A stretch of DNA of 64,000 nucleotides from the human T2T-CHM13v2.0 reference genome, Homo sapiens, in assembly GCF_009914755.1 (NCBI RefSeq), contig NC_060933.1. One strand, given 5' to 3'. Both the position numbers and the translations under genes were made by a program. The notes beneath the pieces were generated by a model. It worked only from the letters and a program-made list of their open reading frames with translations, was not told the origin of the DNA and searched no databases. Shown here piece by piece: positions 26,766 to 40,200 of this stretch; the first letter of the stretch is position 1; each line of letters begins with the position of its first letter.

Positions 26766-28862
26766 GGTTTTCTTTTCTTTCTTTTTTTTTTTCTTTGCAG
26801 CTATTGTAAAAGAGGTTGAGTTCTTGATTTGATTCTCCACTTGGTCGCTGTTGGTGTATAAGAGAGCTACTGTTGTGTACATTAATTTTGTATCTGGAAA
26901 CTTTGCTGAATTCTTTTATCAGTTCTAGGAGCTTTCTGGGTGTGTCCTTAGGGTTTTCAAGGTAAACGGTTACATCATCAGCAAACAGTGACCATTTTGA
27001 ATTCCTCTTTACAAATTTGGATGCGCTTTATCTCTTTCTCTTGAGTGATTGCTATGGCTATGACTTCCAGTACTATGTTGAAGAGGAGTGGTGAGATTGG
27101 GCGTCCTTGTCTTGTTCCAGTTCTCAAAGGGAAATAATACTTAGGAATATACCTAACCAAGGACTCAAAAGACCTCTACAAGGAAAATTACAAAACACTG
27201 CTGATGGAAATCACAGATGACACAAACAAATGGAAACATCCCATGCTCATGAATGGGTAGAATTAATATTGTGAAAATGACCCTACTGCCAAAAGCAATC
27301 CAAAAATTTGATGCAATTCCCATCAAAATACCACCCTCATTCTTAATTAGAAAAAACAATACTAAAATTCATATAGAACCAAAAAAGAGACTGCATAGCC
27401 AAAGCAAGACTAAGCAAAAAGAACAAATCTGGAGGCATCACACTACCTGATTTCAAACTATACTATAAGGCCATAGTCACCAAAACAGTGTGGTACTGAT
27501 ACAAAAATAGGTATACAGATCAATGGAACAGAATAGAGAACCCAGAAATAAACACAAATACTTACAGTCAACTGATCTTCAACAAAACAAACAAAAACAT
27601 AAAGTGGGGAAAGAGTACCCTTTTCAACAAATGGTGCTGGGATAATTGGCTAGCCACATATAGGAGAATGAAACTGGATCCTCATCTTTCATCTTATACA
27701 AAAATCAACTCAAGATGGATTAAGGACTTAAACCTAAGACCTGAAACTATAAAAATTCTAGAAGATAACATTGGAAAAACTCTTCTCAACATTGGCTTAG
27801 GCAAGGATTTCATGACCAAGAACCCCAAAGCAAATGCAATAAAAACAAAGATAAATAGCTGTGACCTAATTAAACCAAAGAGCTTTTGCATGGCAAAAGG
27901 AACAGTTAGCAGACTAAACAGACAACCCACTGAGGGGGAGAAAATCTTCACAATCTATACATCTGACAAAGTACTAATATCCAGAATCTATAATGAACTC
28001 AAACAAATCAGTAAGAAAAAAGCAAACAGTCTCATCAAAATGTGGGCTAAGGACATGAATAGACAATTCTCAAAAGAAAATATACAAATGGCCAACAAAC
28101 CTAAGAAAAAATGGCCACCATCACTAATGATCAGGGAAATGTAAATCAAAACTACAATGAGATACCATCTCACTCCTGCAAGAACGGTCATAATCAAAAA
28201 ACAGTAGATGTTAGCATGGATGCAGTGGACAAGGAACACTTTTATGCTGCTGGTGGGAATGTAAAGTAGTACAGCTACTATGGAAAACGGTGTGGAGATT
28301 ATTTGAAGAACTAAAAATAGAACCACCATTTGATCCAGCAATCCCACTACTGGGTATCTACTCAGAGGAAAAGAAGTCATTATTTGAAAAAGATACTTGC
28401 ACACACGTTTATAGCAGCACAATTCACAATTGTAAAATCATGGAACCAACCAAACGTCTATCAATCAACGTGTGGATAAAGAAACTGTGGTGTATATATA
28501 CAATAGATTACTACACAACCATAAAAATGAATGAACTAACAGCATTTGCAGTGACGTAGATGAGATTGTAGACTATTATTCTAAGTGAAGTAACTCAGGA
28601 ATGGAAAACCAAAATATTGTGTGTTCTCACTGATATGTGAGAGCTAAATTATGAGGACGTGAAGGCATAAGAATGATGCAATGGACTTTGGGGACTTGGA
28701 GGGAAAGAGTGGGAGAGGGCGAGGGATAGAAGACTACAAATATGGTGCAGGGTATACTGCTCAGGTGATGGGTGCACCAAAATCTCACAAGTCACCACTA
28801 AAGGACTTACTCATGTAACCAAATACCACCTGTACCCCAATAACTTATGGAAAATAAATAAA
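26766..28862 (+). mobile_element. L1PB-type, 5'-truncated with 5' inversion (inverted ~26766-27132, sense ~27133-28862)
   Basis: Minus-strand ORF2 peptide '[22 protein letters not shown]' joined to plus-strand '[15 protein letters not shown]' and '[20 protein letters not shown]'; PB-type 3'UTR ending 'taacttatggaaaataaataaa'. Confidence 0.9.
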
Positions 28863-28946
28863 ATGGTAGCGTTAAAGATGCACAAATACGTAAAGAAAAA
28901 TACAGAAAAAGTAAAGAAAATGATGTCTAAACAAAATGGAAATACC

Positions 28947-29007
28947 AAGAAAGAAAGAAAGAAAAAGAAAGAAAGAAAGAAAGAAAGAAAAGAAAGAAAG
29001 AAAGAAG
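28947..29007 (+). repeat. (GAAA)n microsatellite
   Basis: Interrupted GAAA array seen directly. Confidence 0.92.
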
Positions 29008-29063
29008 ATTCTAAAGCTAAAAAGTACAATAGCTAAAATATTATTAAAAATCTACTGGGGGGA

Positions 29064-29406
29064 TGTATTAGTCCATTCTCACATTGCTGTACAGAACTAC
29101 CTCAGACTGAGTAATTTATGAAGAGGTTTAATTGACTCACAGTTCTGCAGGTTTAACAGGAAGCATGACTGGGAGGCCTTGGAAAACTTACAATCATGGC
29201 AGAAAGCGAAGGGGAAGTAACACCTTCTTCACACAGTGACAGGAGAGAGAGAGCGTGAAGCGGGAGGGGCCACACACTTTCAAACAACCAGATTGTCTGC
29301 CCTCATTATTCAATAACCTCCCACCAGGTTCCTCCTCCGATATGTGGGCATTAAAATTAGAATTCGAGATGAAATTTGGGTGGGGACACAGAGCCAAACC
29401 ATATCA
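29064..29406 (-). mobile_element. MSTA/THE1-family solo LTR with 5-bp TSD GGGGA
   Basis: 'tgtattagtccattctcac...ggggacacagagccaaaccatatca'; GGGGA at 29059-29063 and 29407-29411. Confidence 0.92.
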
Positions 29407-31975
29407 GGGGAATTAGAAGGCATATTTGAGCAGGCAGAAGGAAGGATCAGTGAACTTGAAGGCAAAACAATGGAAACTATTGAATTTGAAGAACAAAATA
29501 AAAAATATTGATGAAAAATGAACAGAACCTGTGGAACACCATCAAGCAAACCAACATATTGTGGAAGTCCCAGAAAGGGAGAAAGAGAGAAAAGAGCAGA
29601 GAGAATATTTGAATAAATATTGGCTGAGAATCCCTCCAAATTGAGTGAAAGACATAAATATAAACACTCAGAAAGCTCAATGATCTGCAAGTAAGATGAA
29701 GTCAAAGAGACACATACTAAAATACATTATAATCAATCTTTTGAAAGAAAAAGTCAAAGAGGGAATCTTGAAAGCAACAAGAGAAAAGGGACTTGTCATA
29801 TACAAGGAATTCTCAATAAGATTATCAGCAGATTTCTAATCAGAAACTTTGGAGGCCAAAAGGCATTGGGGCAGTATATTCAAAGTGCTAAAAGAAAAAG
29901 AAGTTAAAAAACTATCAACCAAGAATTCTATACCCAGCAAAACTGTCCTTCAAAAGTAAGAAAGAAATCAAAATATTCCCATATTAACAAAAGCTGAAGG
30001 AGTGCATTAACACTAGGACCTTCTCTATAAGACATGCTTAAGGGAGTTCTGTAATTTGAAACAAAAGGACCCTAGTTATTAGACAGTAACTTGAGGCTAT
30101 ATGAAGAAATAAAGTTCTCAATAAAGGATTATCTTATTTCCAATAAATAGATGGAAAATTATAAAAGCTAGTATTATTGTTTTAATGGTCTGTAACTCCA
30201 TTTTTGTTTTCTACATGATTTAAGAGTCTAATGCATTTAAAAGAATTATTAGTTTGTATTTTTTTGGTACACAGAGTATAAAGCTGTAAATTTACAATAT
30301 TGACAACTGAGAAGGCTGGAGACAGAGGTAAAAAGAAACAGAGTTTTTGTATGTTGTTGAAGTTAACCTATTATAAATTCAAATTAGAATGTTATAACTT
30401 TAAGATGTTAAATGTAATTGCCAGGGTAACCAAAAGGAAAGTACCTATAGAATATACACAAAGGAAATGGGAAAGAAATGTAAACATTTATCTGCAAAAA
30501 ATCAACTAAACACAAAAGAAGACAGTAATGAAGGAAATTAGGAAAAAAAAAAAACACTATAAGACATATAGGAAACAAATAGCAAAGTGACAAAAATAAG
30601 TCCCTTCTTATCAGTAATTACTTTAAATGTAAGAAGTTTCACTCTCCAAACAAAAGACAGAGATTGGCAGAATGGATAAAAACACATGAGACGACAATAT
30701 GTAGTACAGAGGAAACTCAGTTTCGATTTAAAGATACAAATAAGTTGAAAGTAAAAGGATAGAAAAAAGGCATTCCATATGAATAGTAACCAAAAGAGAC
30801 CAAAGGTAGCTATACTATTATCAGGCAAAATAAACTTTGAATCACAAAAGTTTACAAGAGACAAATAAGGATATTATAGATTAATAACAAAATTCAACAC
30901 AGTAAGAAGTTAAAAGTTCTTAACCATTGATATAATCATGATATACTTTTATACATCAAATAACAGCCCATCAGTATATAGGAAGCTAAAACTGATAAAA
31001 TTGCAGAGAGAAACAAGCAGTTCTATAATAATAGTTGGAGACATCAGTATCTCTCTCTTAATAATATATATAACAACCAGACAGAATAAGTAAGAAAACA
31101 AAGAACATAACCAACAACATAACAATAAATAAACCTGATAGACATATACATCACACTCTAATCAACAGCATATACATTTTTTTTCAAGTGCATATGAGCC
31201 ATTTTCTAGGATACTCCATATGTTAGCCCACAGATTATCAACAGATTTTTTTTGAAAATATAAATATCACACAAAGTATCTTCTCTGATCACTACAGAAA
31301 AAAATTTAGAAATAAATAACAGAAGTAAAACTGAGAAACTTGAAAAATTGTGAAAATTAAACAACACACTGTTAAACAACCAATGGATCAAAGAAGAAAT
31401 TACAAGAGAAATTAAGAAGTACTTACAGGCAAATGAAAATGAAAACACAACAGACCAAAACTTATGGGATGCAGCACAAGCAGTTCTAATGTGGAAATTT
31501 ACAGCTATAAACACTTACATTGTAAAACTAGAAAGATTTCAAATCAACAACCTAACTTTACAACTTAAGGGTATAGAAAAACAAACTAAACCCAAAGTTA
31601 GCAGGAGGAAAAAAAGAATAAAGAATAGAGCAGAGATAAATGAAATGGGGAATAGGAAAACAATAGAGAAAATAAATGAAACCAAAGTTGGTCTTTTGAA
31701 AAGCTCAACAAAGTTGACAAACTTTTAGCTAGAAAGACTAAGAAAAAAAGAGATAAAATATAAATTATTAAATTAAGAATGAAAGTGAGAACACAATTAT
31801 TAACAATTTTAAAGAAGTAAAAAGGATTATATGAGTACTATAAACAATTATATGTCAATAAATTAGAAAACCTAGATAAAATGGACAAATTCCTAGAAAC
31901 ACATAATGTACAAAGACTACATCACAAAGAAATAGAAAATCTAAGTAGACTTATAACCAATAAGGAGATTGAATC

Positions 31976-31980
31976 AGAAA

Positions 31981-32038
<58 letters not shown>

Positions 32039-32060
32039 GAAAGAAAGAAAGAAAGAGAAA
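31976..32060 (+). repeat. (GAAA)n microsatellite
   Basis: Long, nearly pure GAAA array. Confidence 0.96.
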
Positions 32061-32695
32061 ATCGCACAGCAAAGAAAAGCCCTGGATTTGATGGCTTCAG
32101 TAATGAAATATACCAAATAGCTAAAGAACTAATCACTATCTCCCTCAAACTTTTCCAAACAATTGAAGAGTAGGAAAGAACCCATATTAAAAATAAAGTA
32201 ACAAAATTATCTCTGTTTACATGATGATGTAGAAAACTTAACTATCCCGGAAAAAAAAACTAATAGAGCTAATAAAATAAATAAAACTAATAAAAGGATT
32301 CAGGAAAGTAACAGCTTACAAAGTCAACATACAAAAATCAGTTGCATATCTATACACTAACAATGAGCAATCTGAAAAGAATTACAAAATCAGTCCCATT
32401 TATAATAGCATTAAATAGAGTGAAACACTTAAGAATTCACCAAGGAAGTGAAAGACTGAAAACTACAAAACATTGCTGCATGAAATTAAAGAAGACACAA
32501 ATAAATAGAATCATCTTCTGTGTTCATGTGTTGGAAGAATTAATATTGTTAAAATGTCAGTACTGCCCAAAGTGATCTACAGATTCAATGCAATCACTAT
32601 CAAAACCACAATGACATTTCTTACAGAAATAAATAAAACCCAGTATAAAATGGAATCTTAAGTAGCCAAAACAATCTTGAAAAATAACAAAGCTG

Positions 32696-33556
32696 TATAA
32701 GAGTTTCCTTCTCTCTTCATCCTTACTGACGTTTGATATTTTTTATCTTTCTGGTTATAGCTTGTTGGTGGGAATATAAATTTCCATTATAGAAAACATT
32801 TCCATTATGGATATTTCTCAAAAAACTAAAACTAGGACTACCACTAAATTCAGCAATCCCACTACTGGGTACTTACCCAAAGGAAAAGAAATCAGTATAT
32901 CAAAGACATACCTGCATCTTCATGTTTATGGCAGCATTATTTGTAATAGCAAAGATATGGAATCAACCTAAGTGTCCCTCAATGGATGAACAGATAAAGG
33001 AAACGTGCTATACAAACCTAGTGGAACACTACTCAGCCACCCCAAAAATGAAACCCTGCCATTTGAAGCAACATGAATGGAAATGGAGTCATTCTGTTAT
33101 GTAAAATAAGCCAGGCACAGAAAGACAAATGTAAAATATCACATGTTTTTACTCATATGTGAGAGCTAAAAAAGTTGATCTCATGAAGGTAAAGAGTAGA
33201 ATGATAGTTGGCAAAGTCTGGGAAGGGTATCTGTATGTGTGTGTGGTAGGTAGAGGGAGACGGGACAGATGGAGACAGTTAGGTTAATAGGTACAAAAAA
33301 TACTGTTAGAGAGAAGGAATAAGTTCTGATGATTGATAGCACAGTAGGGTGACTATAGTTAAAGATAATATATTGTATATTTCAAAATAGTTAGAAAAGC
33401 AGATTTGCAATATTCCTAACACAAAGAAATGGTAATTATTCAAGGTGATGAATAACTTAAATACTGAGTTGATTATTATACATTCTATGAATGTATCACA
33501 GTATCACCTGTATTCCATAAACATGTGCAAATATGTATTAATAAAAGAAAAGGAAT
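32696..33556 (+). mobile_element. L1MA-type 3' fragment with short 5' inversion, nested in the L1MB ORF2
   Basis: Inverted 32696-32761, sense from 'ttgttggtgggaatataaat'; degenerate TSD aaataacaaagctg / aaagaacacacctg; host ORF2 resumes 'gaggactcagac'. Confidence 0.8.
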
Positions 33557-35368
33557 AAAGAACACACCTGGAGGACTCAGACATGTTAATTTTAAAACTT
33601 AATATAAAGCTATAGTAATCAAAACAGTATAGTAGTGACTTAAGACAGATGTACAGACCAGTGAAATAGAATGGAGAGCCCACGAATAAACTCTCATATA
33701 TGTGGTCAAACAATTTTGACAAGGCTACTAAGATTATTTAATGGGGAAGGACAGTGTTTTCAACCAATGGTGGTAGGAAAACTGGATATCCACATGCAAA
33801 AAAAGGAGGAAAGAGAGAAAGAAAGAAAGAGAGAGAGAGAAAGAAAGAAAGTGAGCAAGCAAAAGAAAAGAAAGAGAGAAATTGGATCCTTATCTAACAT
33901 CAGATACAAAATTAATTCAAAGCGGATCAAAGACCTAAGTGTATGACCTAAAATAACAAAACTTTTAAAACAAAATATAGGGCAAGCTCTTCACAACATA
34001 GCCTTTGACAATGATTTCCTGGATATGCCACCAAAGGCACAGGCAACACCAAAAAAAGAAAAAAATTAGAGAAACTGACATTTATGAAAATGAAAAAAAT
34101 ACACTATCAACAGAGTAGAAAGGCAACCCACAGAATGGGAGAAAATATTTGTAAATTACATATCCGATAAGAGATTGGTAATCAGAATGTATAGAGAACT
34201 CCTAACACTCAACAATAACACCAAAAACAACCTGATTTTAAAAATGGGCAAAAGACTTGAATAAACTTTTCTCCAAAGAAAATATACAAGTAGCCAATGA
34301 GCACACAAAAAGGTGCTTAGCATCACTAATCACTAGGGAAATGGAAATCAAAACTAACTACTGCTAAGAGATACCACCTTATGCCCAATAGGATAGGTAT
34401 TATCAAAAAAGAAAAAGAAAAAAGAAAGAAAGAAAAAAATGTTGGAGAGGATGTGGAGAAATTAGAACCCTTGTGAACTGTTGGTAGGAATGTAAAATGG
34501 TACAGCTGCTGTGAAAAACAGTATACATATTCTTCAAAAAATTAAAAATAGAACTACCATATGGCCAAAGATTTCCACTTCTGCATATATATCTAAAATT
34601 TGAAAGCAGGGTCTCAAAAATATATTTTTAGACCCAGGTTTATGACAGAATTACACACAGTAGCTAAAATGTAGAAGCAATCCGTGTCATTTTTGCTGAA
34701 TGGATGGATTTTTTAAAAATGGTATACACATACAAAGGAATATTATTCAACCTGAAAAGGGGGGGAAAACCCTGTGCTATATGCTACAACCCAGATGATG
34801 CTTGAGAACAATATGCTAAGTGAAATAAGTCAGTCACTAAAAAAGACATATAATACTGTATGAGTCTGCTTATACAAGATAACTTTGGAGCAGTTAAAAT
34901 CACAGAGACAGAAAGTAGAATGGTGGATGACAAGAGATGGGGGAGGGAGAATGAGGACTAATTGTACAATGGGTATACAGTTTCAGTTTTACAAAATGAA
35001 GAGAGTTACGAAGGTGGGTGGTGGCGATGGTTGCACAATATTATGAATGTATTTAATACTACTGAACAGTCCACTTAAAATGCTTAAGATGGTAAATGTT
35101 ATGTGTCTTTTACTACAATAAAAAATTGAACAGAATATAAGTGGCAAGTATTGTGAGCAGGTTGTGTTAAGAGAAGAATCACATCAGTTTGGAGTGGTGG
35201 AAATCAGAGAAGTTTAGCTGGAAGGTAGAATTTGAATGTTTCTTTGAAGGAGCAATAGGATTTAGAAAACTCCCAAATTTGGTTCAAGCTAAAAGCAAGA
35301 CACTTTTTAACATAGAGGTAAAGAGGCAGAGAGAAGAGAAAAGCCATTACGTATCTTGGGAAGGAGGT

Positions 35369-35393
35369 GATGGTGGTGGTGGTGGTGGTGGTA
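35369..35393 (+). repeat. (GGT)n microsatellite
   Basis: tgatggtggtggtggtggtggtggt seen directly. Confidence 0.9.
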
Positions 35394-36328
35394 GAAGGGG
35401 GATGAGTGGATCTAAAGAAGACTAAGAAAGAGTTTTAAAGGAAAGATCAGATATGACATAGTTTAGATTCAGGGAAAAAGGTGAGATCAAAACAGAACAG
35501 ATATATTTATCGTCAGTAGGAGGACAAGGGAAAGAAAATTAGAGAGGGAGGAAAGCTAGGTTACGTTGGCATCACTATAATTTTTCACAGGATAGAGTTT
35601 ATGGTTTGAAAAAGGACTTTTATTCTGCAGCATACGTAAATAAACAATTTTAGTATGTCTTAAATTCATGATTCAGAAATCATTGTTTTAAAAAATGCAA
35701 GAAATACATAATTTTAACAAACTTGTCCCTTTGGAAAAAAATTTCCTGCTATTTCCCTCACTAACATGAGTTGATAGACTAAACAGGATTCTTTCTTTTC
35801 CTTTTTACCAGTCTTAAAATAGCTGTCTCTAATGCCCTGGGGTAGGCATCTGAGTCAGAGACAATTGAGCATGCGCAACAACGACCTCATAATTGAAGTG
35901 TGAGGCGTGTTTTCTCACCACGCTGATGAGGCTGGGGAGAGTAACACCGGTTGATTGTGGCGCAGGTGTTGCTGAGCCTGATTAGTTTTAGAGTTGCAGT
36001 GGCAGAAAGGGAAATTGAAAAAGATAAATGAAGTTAAGTAAAGTAAGAGAGTGAACTGGGTGGACTAAAAGTTGTAGGCTGGGCACTTTGGACAGAATTT
36101 AGAGATTGATCACCTAGTCCAGTCTTAAGAGTTTTTAAGGACTCCCAGCACCAGAGATTGAATGGCAAACTTAAAGTCACAGAGCCAGTTGACCGCACAC
36201 TGTAAACCAAGACCCCAGGCTACAGTCTCTCCCAGTTCAGCATTCTTTCCACTCCAGGTTCTATGAGAAGAATAGGGTAGGGAAAATAAGGCCTTTTCTG
36301 GAGGCATGGACTGTGATAGGTGTACAGT

Positions 36329-36506
36329 CAGGGCTGGCTTCATGGGCCTGCACTTTGCACTGTTGGGTGAGATCCCACTCTCCAAAGGGCCTCATGCTGG
36401 GTTTAATGATCCACTGCCAATATCGTGAAATTCTTTATAATTCTGAAACAAGGGACCCCACATTTTTATTTTGCATTGAGCACTGAAAATTATGTTCCTG
36501 ATCCTG
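36329..36506 (+). mobile_element. MER45A-like hAT (Tip100) MITE
   Basis: 'cagggctggcttcatgggc...ttttgcattgagcactgaaaattatgttcctgatcctg' with cagg/cctg termini. Confidence 0.8.
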
Positions 36507-36603
36507 CTTGTCCTACCAATATGCCCACGATGAATCCAGAATGCAAGCTAGTTATGAGATGGCTCTTGCACTTTGCTTGCCATGAATGATAACTCCGTTC
36601 CTC

Positions 36604-36641
36604 TGCAGGTTAAGGAAGTGATGCAGGTTAAGAAAGTGATG
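36604..36641 (+). repeat. Tandem duplication, 18-bp unit x2
   Basis: tgcaggttaaggaagtga + tgcaggttaagaaagtga + tg. Confidence 0.9.
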
Positions 36642-36954
36642 AGTCTTGATATCAATTAGAAAATATTTGTAATATCTAATTTAAAATATCAAGGTATGGG
36701 ATAAGCATTCATAGGTAAACATTGCTTAGAAAAGGCTTTGGGCTGAGGAACCAATGATTCTCATCACTGAAACAAAGTAAATTTCTGAGCCTTAGTTTCC
36801 TTTATTTTTTTATAGAAGAGATCATTTTAAAAACAGCATAATGTAAAAAATATGTATTGCAATGACAGCAATACATATTGCAAGTCACAGCACAAAATTG
36901 TCATTTAAGACAGCTCGTTGCTAAGATTTCTGTGGCATTATGAAGGTGGGTGGG

Positions 36955-37200
36955 TAATATAGTTATTAAGGATGCAGGACTTGTCAAAAAATCAGAGTTA
37001 TTATCCAGTCTCTACCACACAATAGCTATGACCATGAATTAATACCCTACTTAAGCAGTCTGAGTCTTTCTTAGTTTACTTATCTGTAAAATGGGGATAG
37101 AACTACCTAGCAAGGTTATTTTAGGAAGAAATGAGTTAGTGTATATAAGTACATGGCGTGGTCCCATCTCATAGTGGAAACCTATGAAATAATAGTCATA
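36955..37200 (+). mobile_element. MIR
   Basis: 'agtttacttatctgtaaaatggggatag...aaatgagttagtgtatataagtacatggc'. Confidence 0.7.
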
Positions 37201-40200
37201 CTATTAATAGTAAACTGACACCTTTGATCTTAATTCATCTCCTAAGTATTGGAATCCAGATCCCTTCATTCAGTAGGCTTGTTCTTGGCCTCTGAAATAT
37301 TTCTCAGACTTTCAAAGGATTGGTAACTATTTTGAGTGGGGGATGGAGAGATAAGAGGAAGCATTTGTTTCCACCAAGTGGGAGCCATCCTCTTCTCCGA
37401 TCCAGGATTTTGCCCAGCAAGACCTGCTATGCATATTCACAGCATCTAACAGCTTGTTCTGTCATGCCCAAAAGATGAATTATTGCACAGGCCTCCGACT
37501 TTCCACTCACAAGCTGTCTATTCCTATACCAAAGCCTGATTGGGACTGTGGCAGGAGGTATAGGGGGATGTTTAGGGTTGGGAGGAGGCTGGGATAGAAA
37601 CAGATGGTGGTTTGGCAGAGTGATTAAAACACTAGATATCTGTTTTAATGAATTGCCTACCCAGCAGATAAAACACTGCAATAGTGAGTCTCAGTCTTCT
37701 CCGTCAGTAATTGCAGTCTTATTTACAGAGTGTATTTGCTGCTGGTAAAGCCATGCATTTGCCACTGTCCCCTTGAATGTCATGGGGTGAAGAACTATAA
37801 GGGCAGAGAGGAAAAAACTTAGATAAGCAAGAAGAAATAGATTGATCAACTTCTTCCCAAGCTCGTACCAATATGGAAGCTTCACCAAGCAGTCAAATTT
37901 TTCTGTGTGATCTTTGGTGAGTCACTTAACCTCCCCGTGCTTCCTTTCCTCTGTTAGGAAAATGCAGCTGGAAATCTGGTCTCCTAGCTATGTCATCTTT
38001 AAATTAATGATGAAGAGATGAGGTCCAGATCATAATTCACTTTGGAAGAAATATACTATGGTAACCATTAAACACTGTTATAAAATGACCAGCAGGAAAC
38101 CAAAACAATCCGATATGTAACTGTTGACCTTCAGACTCAAAATGATTTTTTATGCATTGGGGAGCTAATATTTCCACCTGTGAATTAGGAACTATTATGT
38201 GTAATAATGATTTAATGTCCTCCACTTAGCAGGAGGACAAGAAGAAACCCGCTGACATTTCCCTGCCTGCAAAAGCTAATTTGGAGTTGTATATTAATTA
38301 ACTGTATCGATGCAGAACAAACCAATCAGAATGAGGAATATCAGGTTAATGCTACTCTTCCTTATTTGGTGGCTGAGGTAATTCTCTCTGGATTTGAGCA
38401 TTTCTAACTCTTTATTTTACAGGCACACTAACCTTAGAATAATCATATTGTCAGTGAACACAGTTTTTCATATTCCCTACATCTCTTTTATAAATCTGAG
38501 CTTCTTTATCTGTGAAATGGGAATTGCTGAACATATCACAGGATTATTGGAAATCAGGTGTAGTGGGTGAGAAAGTACTCGGTAAATTATGAAACACCAT
38601 AACAATGTTATCTAGTCATTTTGTTATAATAATTACTATAAGTTTTTAAAAATGAATTTCAAAAGAGATTGGAACAAAGGATTAAGTTACTGTGTTAATA
38701 TTTGAAGATACATTTTAAACATGACTTCATAACAAAGCAGAAAAACACAAATATCATGTGATAAATGAATAAATCAATCTTCTAAATGGCAGTATTGTTG
38801 CACCTGGTGAGTCTTGGTCTGTTGTGAGGAGTATTACAATTATTGTCCTAACAATAATAATTAAGGTACAAAAGTTTGTAAACATTTACTTTTTACTATT
38901 GCTTAGATCAGAGTTTATACATTGTTTTGTCATTCACGTGAATTCCAATATGCTTTCTTGTGTGGTTGAGAAAGCAGCAGCTTCATAGCTACTTAGGTGG
39001 CAATTTCACATAACCTTGAGTAAGACTCCAAGAATGTGTTGAATGTTAACCTTAAAAACACATGATGTAGTCGGTAAAGTGAGTTATATAACTTTGAGGA
39101 TGATTATTTTTAATTATAACATTATACAATTCTAGTGGGTTTATTAGACTGATAGACAGGATTTTTCTGAACATAGTTTTGATATCATCCTTTGCACAAC
39201 AATAGCTAGAGAAGAAAGGTAAATTTTAGCCCAGAAATCATGATAGCCCTAAGTCACAATTGATATTTAGAATACTGTTTTGGCAGTTTGATATTTAGAC
39301 AGATAAGCTTCACAAAGTTTCCTAAAAACAAAACAAAACACTTAAGTCAAATGACTATAAACCATGCTTTTATTACTTCCCTTTTAGCTGTATGGCCTAA
39401 ATTTACTTATTTACTATCTCTATACTTTAGCACTCTCAGTTACAAAAGATAGAGCATATAAACCAATAAGCAAGGCATTGGTTCAAGTTAAATATTAGAA
39501 TATGGGACATTCCAAAATGTAATGGAGTGCTACTATCAACACCAATGATGTCATTATGTTTTTCAGTAATGTCCTTTCATGAACTGGGTTTAGCTGAGCA
39601 AGGCTTGTGAGTGGACATGGCAAGAAAACTGACTTTGATCGTCACCTTACCAGATGGTGGTGGGGGAGTGACAATTTAGCCTAAGGACAGGGTTTCCATT
39701 GCTGGCTCCTCAGAGGTAGAATTCAATGTGTGTTTGTAGGCATTTATTATTTTAGGTAACTCTCATTGTTTTCAAAGTGCAGGTGCTCTCATAAGTTCTG
39801 TTAAGTAATACTTTATTAACTCTCTGCCAGTCACTCCAGGAAGAAGAGTGAAGTGGAAAAGGAAGTTCAAGAACTCTGACCTATTACAGTTGTTGATAAT
39901 GTTCTCTGTTTCTTTCTCAACCCCAAGTAGAGGGAATTTTGTTTAACTAGTATCAACTCCATTGTAATAAACCATCTGCCTGGGTCCTACAATTTTTTCC
40001 CAGACATTTGCCCAACCAGATAATCATTCCCTCCTCTGTGATATACTTCTAATATCTACTTGTTATAATAGCCTGTTGACATGTTTATGACTATTTTCTC
40101 TATTAGACTATAAGCTCCTTGAGGCATGAGCTGTAATTTAATATCTTATTCATCAGTATCTACTATAGTACATGTGATGTAATGGATACCCAAAGCTTAT

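Larger units (their letters stand above)
25825..35138 (+). mobile_element. Ancient full-span L1MB-type element (5'UTR, decayed ORF1 and ORF2, 3'UTR) with nested insertions, inserted in an L2
   Basis: 5'UTR 'gattctgggaatatgg...ggaatctgtctccctacctagacaacaattgcactggcagaatc'; ORF1/ORF2 remnants (e.g. MDKFLETHN at 31881); MB-type 3' end; TSD aagttgcaagtattg (25810-25824) / aagtggcaagtattg (35139-35153). Confidence 0.85.

Noticed and set aside
26755-28875. TSD for the L1PB insertion (aagtaatagtg / aaatggtagcg)
   Set aside because: About 4 of 11 mismatches; not distinguishable from chance.
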